A DNA stretch of 64,000 nt from the human T2T-CHM13v2.0 reference genome, Homo sapiens. Both the position numbers and the translations under genes were made by a program. The DNA is taken from NCBI RefSeq assembly GCF_009914755.1, contig NC_060946.1. The stretch is one strand, 5' to 3'. Below are positions 33,510-45,425 of the stretch, one piece after another. How positions within the stretch are numbered: position 1 is the first letter of the stretch; every line of letters starts with the position of its first letter. Under the pieces are notes generated by a model, which did no database searches, was not told the DNA's origin, and saw nothing but the letters and a program-made list of their open reading frames with translations.

Positions 33510-33930
33510 TGCATTCAACTCCAGTTTAGTTCAGTAATTATATAATAGGTGCCCAGTGTGGACAAGGCTGTGTTGTAGGTTCCACAACATAGATAGGAAA
33601 TAGCCCTGTCTTCTGTAAGCACACAACCCAGAATGAGAATTAGACACATATTTAACTAATTACAGTAATTACATCGCTGGACAATATGTCTAATAGGAGG
33701 TGCGTGGGCCAGGGATGGGTGAAAAGGAACCAAGGGCTTGCTGGGTGGAGGGAGTACGTATTGCAAGATAGGCAGGATCTTACTGAAGTGGGGTTATTTG
33801 AGCAGGATGTGGAGATGAAATCAGTGTTTGCCAGGTAGATTAAGTGAGAGGGCATTCAGGGCAGAGAGAACAGCATATGCCAAAGAACGGAGGTGTGGAA
33901 CAGCATGAGGCAGGCTGAGAGGGCTAGAAA
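33510..33930 (-). mobile_element. L2 fragment
   Basis: Diverged L2 3' region (ggcattcagggcagagagaacagcatatgccaaag). Confidence 0.6.
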
Positions 33931-34984
33931 CATTTTTTGTTGTGTGTTTAACTTATTGATTATGCAAAGTTATTCTGTCCAAGAATGACTCAAAAACCCC
34001 ATGGCAGTGGAGGCAGCTGCCCGCACTGTATCTATGATGTGGGTGGTGGTGGGGGTGCCCTAGGGAGGAGGAGGATGTGAGGACCCATGCCAAGTTTGAG
34101 CCAGGACTGCTTTATAACTTACTATGTAAAAATATGTATGCATTTCCCACATAGGAGTGTAAGGAATATTTAGAGAATTGTGTGAGAACCAGGCCTTTGT
34201 TGAATAATTTATTGAATGTCCTCAGTTTCTCACATTGGGGTAACACTTGATAGAGAGAAGTCTTGCCTCAGGAGGAGAAAAGTACCTTATTCCAAGGCAA
34301 GAAATAAGTGCAATCATTAACTCTGCTGAATCAAACAACCTAAAAGAAATAGCCTTGCCTTGGTTATCTTGGAGACTGGGGGAAATCTTTTTTCCTGGTG
34401 TTAACTCTCTGAATGATGTTTTGGTTTTCTTCCTTTGTAAACTCAACTTAGAGAGATTGACACGGCAAAAAGATGTTTGTAATGGGCCTCCTACCTTCAT
34501 TTCTTTTTTGGCAGAGGAGTCTAGCGATGCATTTCTATTCCTAGGCTGTGAGGCTCCCCAGTCTTTTGTCTGAGCCACTCTTTGGCCTTAAAGTTGTATT
34601 TTCTGTATCCAGAAAAGAGGAAATCTGCTACCTGTGTGACCTTGTATAACTGCGACAGCTGTAAGGATTTTCAGAAGTCCTGAACATGCTTTAACCTCCC
34701 AATGTTTATATATATTATGATTTATTAATTTCTGTACTATGACTTTTTTTCATTATTACATTAATTGCTTTACGAACAAAACATATTATGGTGTTATTAA
34801 AGGAAATTAAAACCAAAGAATAATTTTACTACTCTTTCTGCACTTGTATATTTCTTCAATCAGCACACATCTGATGAGTGTCAATAGCTCTGGTCAGGGA
34901 CCCCAGCGACCAGCACACTGCTTATTTTTGCATTCAATTCTGAGCCCCCATCTTGCCTGGCTTAGCTGTGATGTCTGAAACCCT

Positions 34985-36160
34985 CAGACTCCACCCTCCC
35001 TACATGGTCACCTGGCTCCCAGGCCATCGCCCTCTCCTTCCCCTGCTTCACCAGCCCCTGCTCAACTCCCTGCCTTGTTCTTTCCCATCTCCCCAGCTTC
35101 TTCATACTGGAGGTCCCCAGGGCTTTGACCCTGACCTCTCTTCTCCAATTGCACTCCTCACTTGGCAATCTCATCCCACCTCCTAGCTTTAAATGCTAAT
35201 TGGAGGGTAACAACCCCCAAATTTACATCCATAGGCCAGATCTCTCCTTGAACTCCAGACTTATGTTGTCTGGCTGCTTGTTTGACACCTGCCCTGGAAA
35301 GGCCTCTCAGGGCTCTCCCCCTGAACATGCTACAAAGGGAACTCTGGGTTTTCCTCTGTAAATCCTCTTCTCCCGTAGTCTCCCCATCTCATTCACAGCA
35401 GCCTCCTCCTGCTTGCTCAGGTTGGCAAACTTTGCATCAGCGTAGGCTCTTCTTTTTCTCTCATACCCAACATGCAATCCATCAGAAAATCCTGTGCTCG
35501 ATCTAGAAGATACTTGGAACCTGACCAATTCTCACCAACTCTACCCCCAGGGCCATGCTGCCGTCATCTCTCATCTCAGTTAAAACAGCCTCTTTGGGTT
35601 CCCTGCTCCCACCCTAGCTTCTCTGCATGAAGACTCCACAAAGCAGCTAAAGGAGCCTATTCTAACTCAAGGCACACAATGGCACTTTCCAGCTCAGAGC
35701 CCTCCAGCGCCTCTCCATCACCAAGAGTGAAAGCCCAGTTGCTTACAATGGCCTACATCAGGCTGCAGGGGATCTGCACCTCCTTCCCTCTCAGGCCTTG
35801 CCTCTTAGGATGCCTGTCCCCAGCTCTAGTCAGCATCCTTCAATGTTTCTGCCATGCTTCCACTTCAGGGCCTGTGCCTGGATGCTCTCTCTGGATATCC
35901 CCACGGGTCCCTCCCCTCACCTCTTCTGGTCTCCCTTGGCTCTCTCCTATGCAGTCAGCCCCGGCCGCCCTGTTACTCAGGGTTCCTGGCCACTTCCCCA
36001 CCTTTCTTTGCTATATAGTGCTTATTGCTGTCTGTTATGCTATAAAATCATCCTCTAATTTATTGTGTTGTTTCTCTTCTTTCCAAAAGCATGTTGGCCT
36101 CATGAGGGCAGGGATGGGATTTTTGTCTATTTCACTCACTAATGTGTCCTTAACACCTAC
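34985..36160 (+). mobile_element. L2 fragment
   Basis: Pyrimidine-rich L2 3' region (ccagatctctccttgaactccagact; catgagggcagggat). Confidence 0.75.
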
Positions 36161-36164
36161 AATG

Positions 36165-36485
<321 letters not shown>

Positions 36486-36534
36486 TCACCTATAGTTGGC
36501 AATGGACCCTAATGCATATGAAATTAATAATGAC

Positions 36535-36786
36535 TTTTTTTTTAAGATGGAGTCTTGCTGTGTCACACAGGCTGGAGTGCAATGGTGCAATCACAGCTCA
36601 CTATAACCCCCATCTCCCGGGATTACACGTGCCCTCTACCATGCCCAGCTAATTTTTGTATTTTTAGTAGAGATGGGGTTTTACCATGTTGGCCAGGCTG
36701 GTCTCAAACTCCTGACCTCAAATGATCCACTCGCCTCAGCCTCCCAAAGTACTGGGATTACAGGCATGAGCCACCGCACCCAACCA
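36535..36786 (-). mobile_element. AluS with internal deletion
   Basis: Reverse Alu; TSD aatgactttt. Confidence 0.85.
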
Positions 36787-37067
36787 TGAATGACTTTTTA
36801 CTCTACCTTTTCATTTAATAATGTAATAAGAATATATTTCTAAGTCTATATAAACACAGATAGAGATACTTTATATGCAGTTGCGTGGTACTATATCATA
36901 TAGATATTTCATTATTTATTCACTGCATTACTGGGCAATTTAGACTATAAATAAGTTTTCACTATTCTGATACAGTCAACATTAACAGTAAAAATAACCA
37001 TTACTCAAGCACTTATGTGCCTCTTCTAGATTTTTTTGCTTTATATTTGTCACTGCTAAGAAGTTTA

Positions 37068-37563
37068 GGAAGTAGATTGGTGGCGGTGGTGGCTTTGGCA
37101 GCTCAGGACCGAGTGCAAGTAACATAGAATCAGCATGACTCTTCAGAGGCTCTTCAGGTTCTCCTCTGTCATTCTGTCAGCAGTCTCAGTCCATTTGTGG
37201 AGGAACATCAGTGTTACAGCAGTGGCATTTAATAAGGAACTTGATCCTATACAGAAACTCTTGTGGACAAGATTAGAGAATACAAATCGAAGTGACAGAC
37301 ATCTGGAGGACCTGTTGATACTGGTCCAGAGTATCAGCAAGAGCTTGAGAGGGAGCTTTTTAAGTTCAAGCAAATGTTTGGTAAAACAGACATGAATACA
37401 TTTCCCAACTTCAAATTTGAAGATCCCAAATCTGAAGTCATCGAAAAACCCCAGGTCTGAAGAAATAAAGTGAAATTAATCTGGTAATTTATCATGGGTC
37501 AATTGTACAACTAGTTAGAAGTTTCAGAATAAACATACATTTCATAACGGTCAAAAAAAAAAA
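37068..37563 (+). pseudogene. ATP5PF: Processed pseudogene of ATP5PF/ATP5J (mitochondrial ATP synthase coupling factor 6)
   Basis: Intronless copy with 5'UTR and CDS 37135-37460 (MTLQRLFRFSSVILSAVSVHLWRNISVTAVAFNKELDPIQKL / VDKIREYKSK*QTSGGPVD..FEDPKSEVIEKPQV). 1-nt deletion near 37261, TGA at 37293, AATAAA at 37528, polyA, and TSD aagaagttta/aagatgttta. Confidence 0.96.
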
Positions 37564-37654
37564 GATGTTTAAAGCATGTATGTTCCCAACTGTCTTATTA
37601 GTACATTTTACCTTTTATATTTATTTTGAAAAACTGTTTTCTTTAATGCTTTTG

Positions 37655-37945
37655 GGTTTTTTTTTTTCCAAGATCTCTCTGCTGCCCAGGCTAGCATGCA
37701 GTGGCACAACCATGGCTCACCACAGCCTTGACAACTGCTTCAATTGATCCTCCCACCTCAGCCTCCCAAGTAGCTGAGACTACAGGTGCATGCCACCATG
37801 CTCAGCTAATTTTTGTATTTTTTTGAAGAGACAGGGTCTCACTATGTTGCCCTGGCCGGTCACAAACTTCTGGGCTCAAGCAACCCACACACCTCAGCCT
37901 CCCAAACTGCCGGGACTATAGGCGTGAGCCACCACACCTTGCCTG
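37655..37945 (-). mobile_element. AluJ
   Basis: Diverged reverse Alu dimer. Confidence 0.85.
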
Positions 37946-38607
37946 CTTTGATTGTGAATGCTACTTTATTTCATATTAGTATCATCGATGCTGTTTTATT
38001 TTTGTTTTCATTTACCTAAAAGACTTTGTTGTTTTCAGCCTCTCTTGATAATTTGGGTTTAAATGTGTCTCATGTCAGCAGCATAATAGTGAGGTTTTGG
38101 TTTCTATTGCAGTGGTTACCTCCACTCCATTCAAAAGTTATTATTGGTTTAGGAGGTATTTTATTCATTGTAAATGCTTCTAGGAGTTTTTATTTTGAAA
38201 GTAACAGGTGTTGATTAGTTAAAAAAAAAAAAAAAAGTTACAGCCCAAGCATAGAATTTGAAATTTCCTCCCTACTCCATCTCTATAACCAATAATTCCA
38301 GCCCCCAGAAATATTGTTATATCCACTGGTAGAATTACTCCCAGGCAAATATAAACATACATGCACAAGTGCAATAGACATAGATAAAATTTTAATGAGA
38401 TTATATTTATTGTTTACCTTATTTTTATGACTTAATAAAGCTACCCTATTATTTTTGTATGCTATGTTATATTTCATCATATTCATGTACAACAGTATTC
38501 TAACCAGTCTCTTAATCCTAGATGTCTGTTAGATTGTTAAATTTTTAAATTACAGTATTTCAAACAAATTACACTCCTACAAATATTTCTGCATTAGGGA
38601 ATTGCAA

Positions 38608-39326
38608 GTAGAAGTTTAGTATCCATTCTCCAAAGTGCTTGAGACCAGAAGTGCTTCACATTTTAGATTTTCTCAGATTTTGGGATATTTGTATTATAAT
38701 ACTAGTTGTGATATAGGACAGGCAAGCCCCAAACAGGGGCCTGGCCCATGAAGGCTCTTGGCTTTGCCCAGGAAAGAATCCAAAGGCAAGCCAGAGGTAG
38801 AAGAAAACAGTTTTATTGAAGAGGCAGTGTTACAGCTCCATACTGCTCTTGCAAAGCAGGGATACCCCATAGGCAGAGAGGAGCAGTTGAGGGCAGTTTT
38901 GCAGTCACATTTATACCCACTTTTAATAACATGCAGATTAAAGGACAGTTTATGTAGAAAGTTCTAGGGAAGGGTTAGTAACTCTTGGGTTTTCAGGTCA
39001 TTGCCATAGAAAGGGGCGGTAACTCCCCGGTGTTGCCATGGCGGTGGTAAATTGACATGGCACACTGGTGGGTGTGTCTGATTGGAAAGCTGCTTCCACC
39101 CTGGCCCTGTTTTAGCTAGTCCTCAATCTGGTCCAGTGTCTGAGCCCAGCCTCTGGAGTCCAGTCCCACCTCCTACCTCAGTTGAGCATCCCAAATTAAA
39201 AAACCCAAAATCCAAAAACGTTCTAATGAGTATTTCCTCATGTTAGTGCTCAAAAAGTTTCAGATTTTGGAGCATTTCAGATTTCAGATTTTCAGATATA
39301 GGACGCCCAACCTGTATATCAGTGGA
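38608..39326. mobile_element. MER46/Tigger4-derived element split by a solo LTR
   Basis: Halves at 38608-38708 and 39181-39326 (gttgagcatccc..tcagattttggagcatttcagatttcagatttt..caacctgta). Confidence 0.75.
38709..39180 (-). mobile_element. ERV1 solo LTR (MER66-like)
   Basis: Minus strand starts tgaggtaggaggtgggactggactccagagg; TG..CA ends; 4-bp TSD GTTG. Confidence 0.8.
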
Positions 39327-39561
39327 GCACGTGAAGAGCAGCAGCAGCAGGGCAGTTATTCTACTCTTTTCACTTCCTTCCTTGTTGCCTGGCTTCTAAT
39401 TCATCATCAGAGATTATATGGAAGAAACATTAATGGGAATTCTGCCCAGGGAATAATTCCTTTTGAGAAAATGTGAAATTCAGTGAGAATGTGCATTTGT
39501 GAGCATTAATTCTTGGAGTTAGACTAAAAGTTCTGATATGTAGTCCTCTTTTGATTTTCAG

Positions 39562-39666
39562 ATAGGTATATCTCTTTTGGCCTTCAATATTGGCAGTAGC
39601 CATATTATGGACCTGGCTGGGATAGACGCATCTTCAGGAATTGCTATTGGGGCTGGTAAGTGGAAT
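39562..39666 (+). pseudogene. SGLT-like exon 3 (105 nt)
   Basis: ttttcAG|...|GTaagt. IGISLLAFNIGSSHIMDLAGIDASSGIAIGAGKWN vs SGLT1 [35 protein letters not shown] (22/35 identical). Confidence 0.95.
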
Positions 39667-39873
39667 GTAAGTAATATTATTTGCAGCAACAAACCTCCAT
39701 CTTTATCATTATCCAAATAAAACTATATAAACATAAAAATTTGCTTTCAACTTTGAGTAAATATAAAAGAATTCTTGTGAAGTCATAGAGGAAAGAAGCC
39801 AAGTCTTTGACTTGTCAAAGGGATTCTGCTGATTTTCATTCTACTTAGTAAATTAATGGAGAGAGAATGTTTA

Positions 39874-40461
<588 letters not shown>

Positions 40462-40558
40462 TCAACTAGGAACTACAAATCTTCTGATTAATCTCCCAGG
40501 AGTACCAGGTTTTAACCTTATAAATATTTGATTATTTATTTAATTTGTGGCATATCTT

Positions 40559-40895
40559 CATAAAAAAGGATGAGTTCATGTCCTTTGCAGGGACATGGAT
40601 GAAGCTGGAAACCATCATTCTGAGCAAACTATCACAAGGACAGAAAAACACCGCATGTTCTCACTCATAGGTGGGAACTGAAGAATGAGAACACTTGGAC
40701 ACAGGTTGGGGAACATCACACACCGGGGCCTGTCATGGGGTGGGAGGCTGGGGGATGGATAGCATTAGGAGAAATGCCTAATGTAAATGATGAGTTAATA
40801 GGTGCAGCAAACCAACACGGCACATGTATACATACGTAACAAACCTGCACGTTGTGCACATGTACCCTCGAACTTAAAATGTAATTTAAAAAAAA
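40559..40895 (+). mobile_element. Short 5'-truncated L1PA 3' end
   Basis: L1PA 3'UTR; TSD ttgtggcatatctt (40545-58/40896-909). Confidence 0.92.
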
Positions 40896-41139
40896 TTGTG
40901 GCATATCTTTGTTATAGGAAATAGAATTTATTCTCCTAAATTATAAATGATTTTATAATTCTTTGGTAATTAACCTATCTCTGTATAAACCATTTGACAT
41001 TTTAGAAATAAATCAGAAAGCTCCATCCTTTCTGAGTCTCACCTTTTTTCTCAGACTATAAAAAAATAAAGAATACTTCTGCAGTCAAAACCTAGTAAGA
41101 AGCCCTGGCCTTCACCGCCATTTACCCGTCAGAATTTTC

Positions 41140-42553
41140 TGGGGTTTGTTTGTTTGTTTTGGTACCTGGTAGTCATCTTAGTAAGATTGTGTTATACTTT
41201 CCATAGTTTCCATACACATTGTTTCAACATAATCAACAGACCAAATGCAGAGAAGCTGGTGGAAGCCCAAGGCTGTGGAGGCTGCTGGAAGACAGCCTCC
41301 CAAGCTTTAGAGATGCAGGCCTGACCAGAAGCAGGTGCAAATTTTCCTTCTTGATTATGAGGTGGGGAAATCAAGTCCAAACATTATTCCTATGTAATCC
41401 CTTTTGTAAGTCAAATTTGTTTTCTCCATGAGCCACTTGGTTTTAAGTTTCCCAAGTCATTTAGTGGTCTTGCTGCAGTCGTTGAGATCTACCTGTGGCC
41501 CCTTCCTGGAATTGGGCAGTGTTTTGAACCCCATCTGCCTCTTCTAGAAAGGTTCCCACCCAATTCAGCAGTCCCAGTGAGGTCCAAGAATGCCATCGTC
41601 ATTCTTTCCTAACTTGTATGCTGTGGATCAGGCACAGAGACAGTACTGGTTCCTGCTTTAGAAGCTGAGCTTGGCCAGGTTTGGTGGGAGCCACAGAAAA
41701 CCATTCGGTTCATTCAAAATGGTTTCACAAGCCATCTTTACATCTTTGGAGTTATCTACACATTTTACCATATCTCATCCCAAATCCTCAGTTCCTGGTG
41801 AGGGGGTGACAAGATGTAAGAATGTACCTCCCTCAATACAGAGCAACAGGGCCATTTTCTCTCATAACCAGACCAGTCTGCTCTGATGGCACCAGAATGA
41901 CAAATGTGGCTCAGTTCTGAGGGCCTGGGTGGCAGGCTCTGAAGGTGGGTGGAACAGCTGCAGGATGCCGCTCCTTCCAAGAAAGCCTGTGGGCTGAAGA
42001 TCTGCTAAAAGTCTACATGTGGGCAGCAAGGAAGAACAGCCCCAAGCCTGGGGCCAGGTAAAACCCCACATCAAGCCTCTAAATTGGATTTCCTGGGTCA
42101 CGTCCTCATGTGACTAGGAAGCAACCTTAGACTTGGACGCCACACTCCAACGTTGGGAGGGGCACCTTGCTGGCTATAAATCTCCAGGTGACAAACTCCA
42201 GCACAGGGAGTCAGATCGCCTACATGGTAGGCCTGGAGCTTGAAGAGGTGTCTCTGCGAAGAGCACTCTGGGCACTTCGAGATCTTCCCACAGCTAGAAG
42301 CTAAGCTAGGAGTGAGGATTCCCAGGAGAAGGTAAGAAGGAAGTTAATAGATGGAGGGCACAAGACCTCATTGGGTACATCAGGAAATAACCACTTAAGC
42401 ACAAGTGTTCTGATGAGTCCAAAGGTACTCTGGTTCCTCTTGACCCAGTGGGAGGCAAGCTTTACAGAGAAAATCTCTGAACTCCAGGGGCTGGAGGAAC
42501 CTGGGGCTTCGGTGATCATCACAGGGTTCTGTGAGAACCAGCTGCCTGGTCTC
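41140..42553 (-). pseudogene. TSD-flanked retrotransposed unique sequence (probable 3'UTR retrocopy or orphan transduction), source unknown
   Basis: 11-bp direct repeat tcagaattttc at 41129-39 and 42554-64. Decayed minus-strand A-tail (gtttgtttgtttgtttt on +). Minus-strand TT|GAAAA L1-endonuclease site. GC content higher than the flanks. Confidence 0.65.
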
Positions 42554-43016
42554 TCAGAATTTTCAAGTATCTTCTTTCTTCACATATTTAACTCATCTTA
42601 TTCCTTCTTTGTAAAGAAAATCAGAGCCAAACTTATTTAATTTCAATGGTATGGAATGTTAGTATAGTTTATTTCCCTCTTCCCTGAATGGTTATTTTTC
42701 TTTCTTTTTTTAAACTATCTTTTAAATTTAATTATAAACCACCTTTATTCCCATCTGACAAATAAATTAAAAATAAATGCCTTGAAAATCAGCTCAAATA
42801 ACCATCCCGAATTAAGAATGTATCCTTTTACAAGTAAAGATCATGTTCCTGCAAATTAAGTTTCTGTGCTGGAAAATGTATCCAAGCACCTTTATTGGTA
42901 AGGTCCCCAGTAATGACACATTCATTAGGCAGAAGACAAATAGGAAATAAGCTTCCTTTTCAAGCTTGGCCTAGATGAGATCCTGATTTAATTGCTCTTT
43001 TTCTTCTTGGTTTCAG

Positions 43017-43076
43017 GCTGTACTTCTGCTCTATGGCATTGGTTGGATATTTGTTTCTGTTTATAATAAGGCTCAG
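43017..43076 (+). pseudogene. SGLT-like exon 4 (60 nt)
   Basis: ttggtttcAG|...|GTaagt. AVLLLYGIGWIFVSVYNKAQ vs SGLT1 [20 protein letters not shown] (9/20 identical). Confidence 0.9.
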
Positions 43077-43319
43077 GTAAGTGGCCATTATCACTCTATT
43101 ATTTACAATATGTTTCCTTATAAATATAATGTGTGTACTAAAAACATCCTAGAGGAGAAGTTAAACTTTCTCAGTCTTTTGATCCTTGTGCTGACTTCCC
43201 CAAATCCTGAGATGGCTGAAATACCATCAGTCTGTTTGGGGCAAACAGACACCTGTAACTCTCCACTATTTAACTCTGGACCTTATTCAAGAGTTTACCT
43301 CTTAAAGATTTTATAGTAA

Positions 43320-45425
43320 ACCTTTTAAAGCTCTATGAAAAAATAAGACCTAAATAAATGAAGAGAAAAGCTATGTTAATGAATGAAGACTCAATATCCC
43401 AAAACTCTTGGTTATTCCCAAATTGATCTATATTGAATGTAATTCCAAATTTATCCAAACAGTCTTTTGAGGAATTTGACAGGCTGATTCTAAAATATAT
43501 GCAGTAGAGTAAAAGTAAAAGAATAGCAAAGATACTCTTATCAAATAAAAAGACTTGCCCTACTAAATATTAAGACTTACTATAAAGTTGTAATAATTAA
43601 TACTGTGTGATTTTGACACAGGGATAAACACTGATAATTGGAAGAGGGGAAAAGCCCAGAAACACCACATATATGGACACTTGACTGATGACATTGATGC
43701 ACTGCAGGTAACTGAAGAAAGGAGGGCCAACTGACTATCATATGGATAAAAAAAATTAGATTCCTACTGTATACAAAAATACTTTTAGATTGATTTAAAA
43801 CCTGAACATAAAAGGCAAACATTTTTAACTTTTATAAGTATAGAGTATCTTTATGTCCTCGAGATAGAGAAGGATTTAAAATAAGACATAAAAATCTCAA
43901 ACCCCTGGCTGACAACTAAGCACATATGCATGCATGAGACCCCAGGGATACCAGTTAGAAAAAAGCAGAAACTAGAATGAGATCTATTCTGGAAAGACAT
44001 AACTGCACCTGGTAAGATTTGTGAGTTAATCGTGCTTTCAACTGAGTACATTCTTCAACTCACACAATGTAGGCAGTAGAAATCGGAAGTTTTACTGGTT
44101 TCAGGGGTCAAAGGACAAAACTAAGGACTAGTAAAGCAACTGGAAATGTATGTGGGAGCTCCAAAAACAAAGGAACCAAAGAGAGAGTGAGCCCCCAAAT
44201 CGGAGTATAAATTTTGTTCAGATTTTTGGCTGACTGCCAAATTACACAGGTACAGGGGAAACCTCCAGAAAGCCAGACTGAATTAGCAGCAGCTGGAAGC
44301 TGATTAAGAAAAAAAAAAAAAAAACAAGCAAAAACATCAGCTGCTGCACATTACAGAGTGGGCATGGGGGATGGCATAAAACATTTCGCAGTTTTGAGTC
44401 CAGTAAAGTTAACTGCCTACTAAAACAAGAAACAGCAAGCCCCAGAAAAACAAAACAGACTGCTACATTGTATTACATATGATAGCCAGTTTTCTGCCAA
44501 GAAGTACTAGACATACAAAGAAATGGGGAAATAAATGTAACCCACACTCCAGGAGAGAAAAGTCAATAAACAGAAACTGACTCTAGGCTCAGATGTTAAT
44601 TTAATGAACAAAGACTTCAAAACTGCTATTATAAATATGTCCCAAAAGTAAAGGAAAATGTGATATTAATGAATGAACAAATAGGTCCTGTTAACAGATA
44701 ACTTAAAACTATAGACAAGAACCAAATGGAAAATTTAGAGTTGAAAAGCTACTAACTAAAATGGAAAATTTACAGAATTTCAACAGCAGATTTAAGGTGA
44801 CAGAAGAGAAAACTAGTGAATTTAAATATCATAAGAATTACCCAAGAACAAGGAAAAAATCAAAGAAAAAGAAGCAAAGCCTCAGAGATATGTGATAGAA
44901 TATCAAGCAGTCCAACATACATGTCATTGGAGTCACAGAAAAAGAATAGAAGGATAAGAAAAAATTTTTTTGAGAAAATGACTGAAAACTTACCAAGTGT
45001 GGCAGAATATGTTACTTTACAGATCTGAGAAGCTTACAAAACACCAAGTAGAATAAACACAAAGAAAACCACACCTAGGTACATCATAGTGAAGCTGCTG
45101 AAAGCAAAAAAAAAAAAAAAAAAGTTTTGAAAGCAGTAAGAGAAAAATAATGTACATACAAGGGAATAATGACACACTTAATCGTTGACACCTCATCAGA
45201 AACTGGAGGTCAAAAAACATTAGAATGACATATGCAAATGCAAAAGGAAAGAAAACACTGTAAATCAATAATTCTACATTCAGTAAAAATGTTTTTTAAA
45301 ATCAAGGCGATTGAATAAGTAATGGTTTTTTAGATAGGCACAAACCATAGAAAAAGAAATTGATATTTTGGACTTCATCAAAACTTAAACTTTTACTACG
45401 TGATATTATTAAGAAAATAAAAAGT
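43320..45425 (+). mobile_element. Old L1M fragments (ORF2 3' part and 5'/ORF1 parts)
   Basis: A-rich, decayed L1 ORF1/ORF2-like sequence; continues after 54300. Confidence 0.7.
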
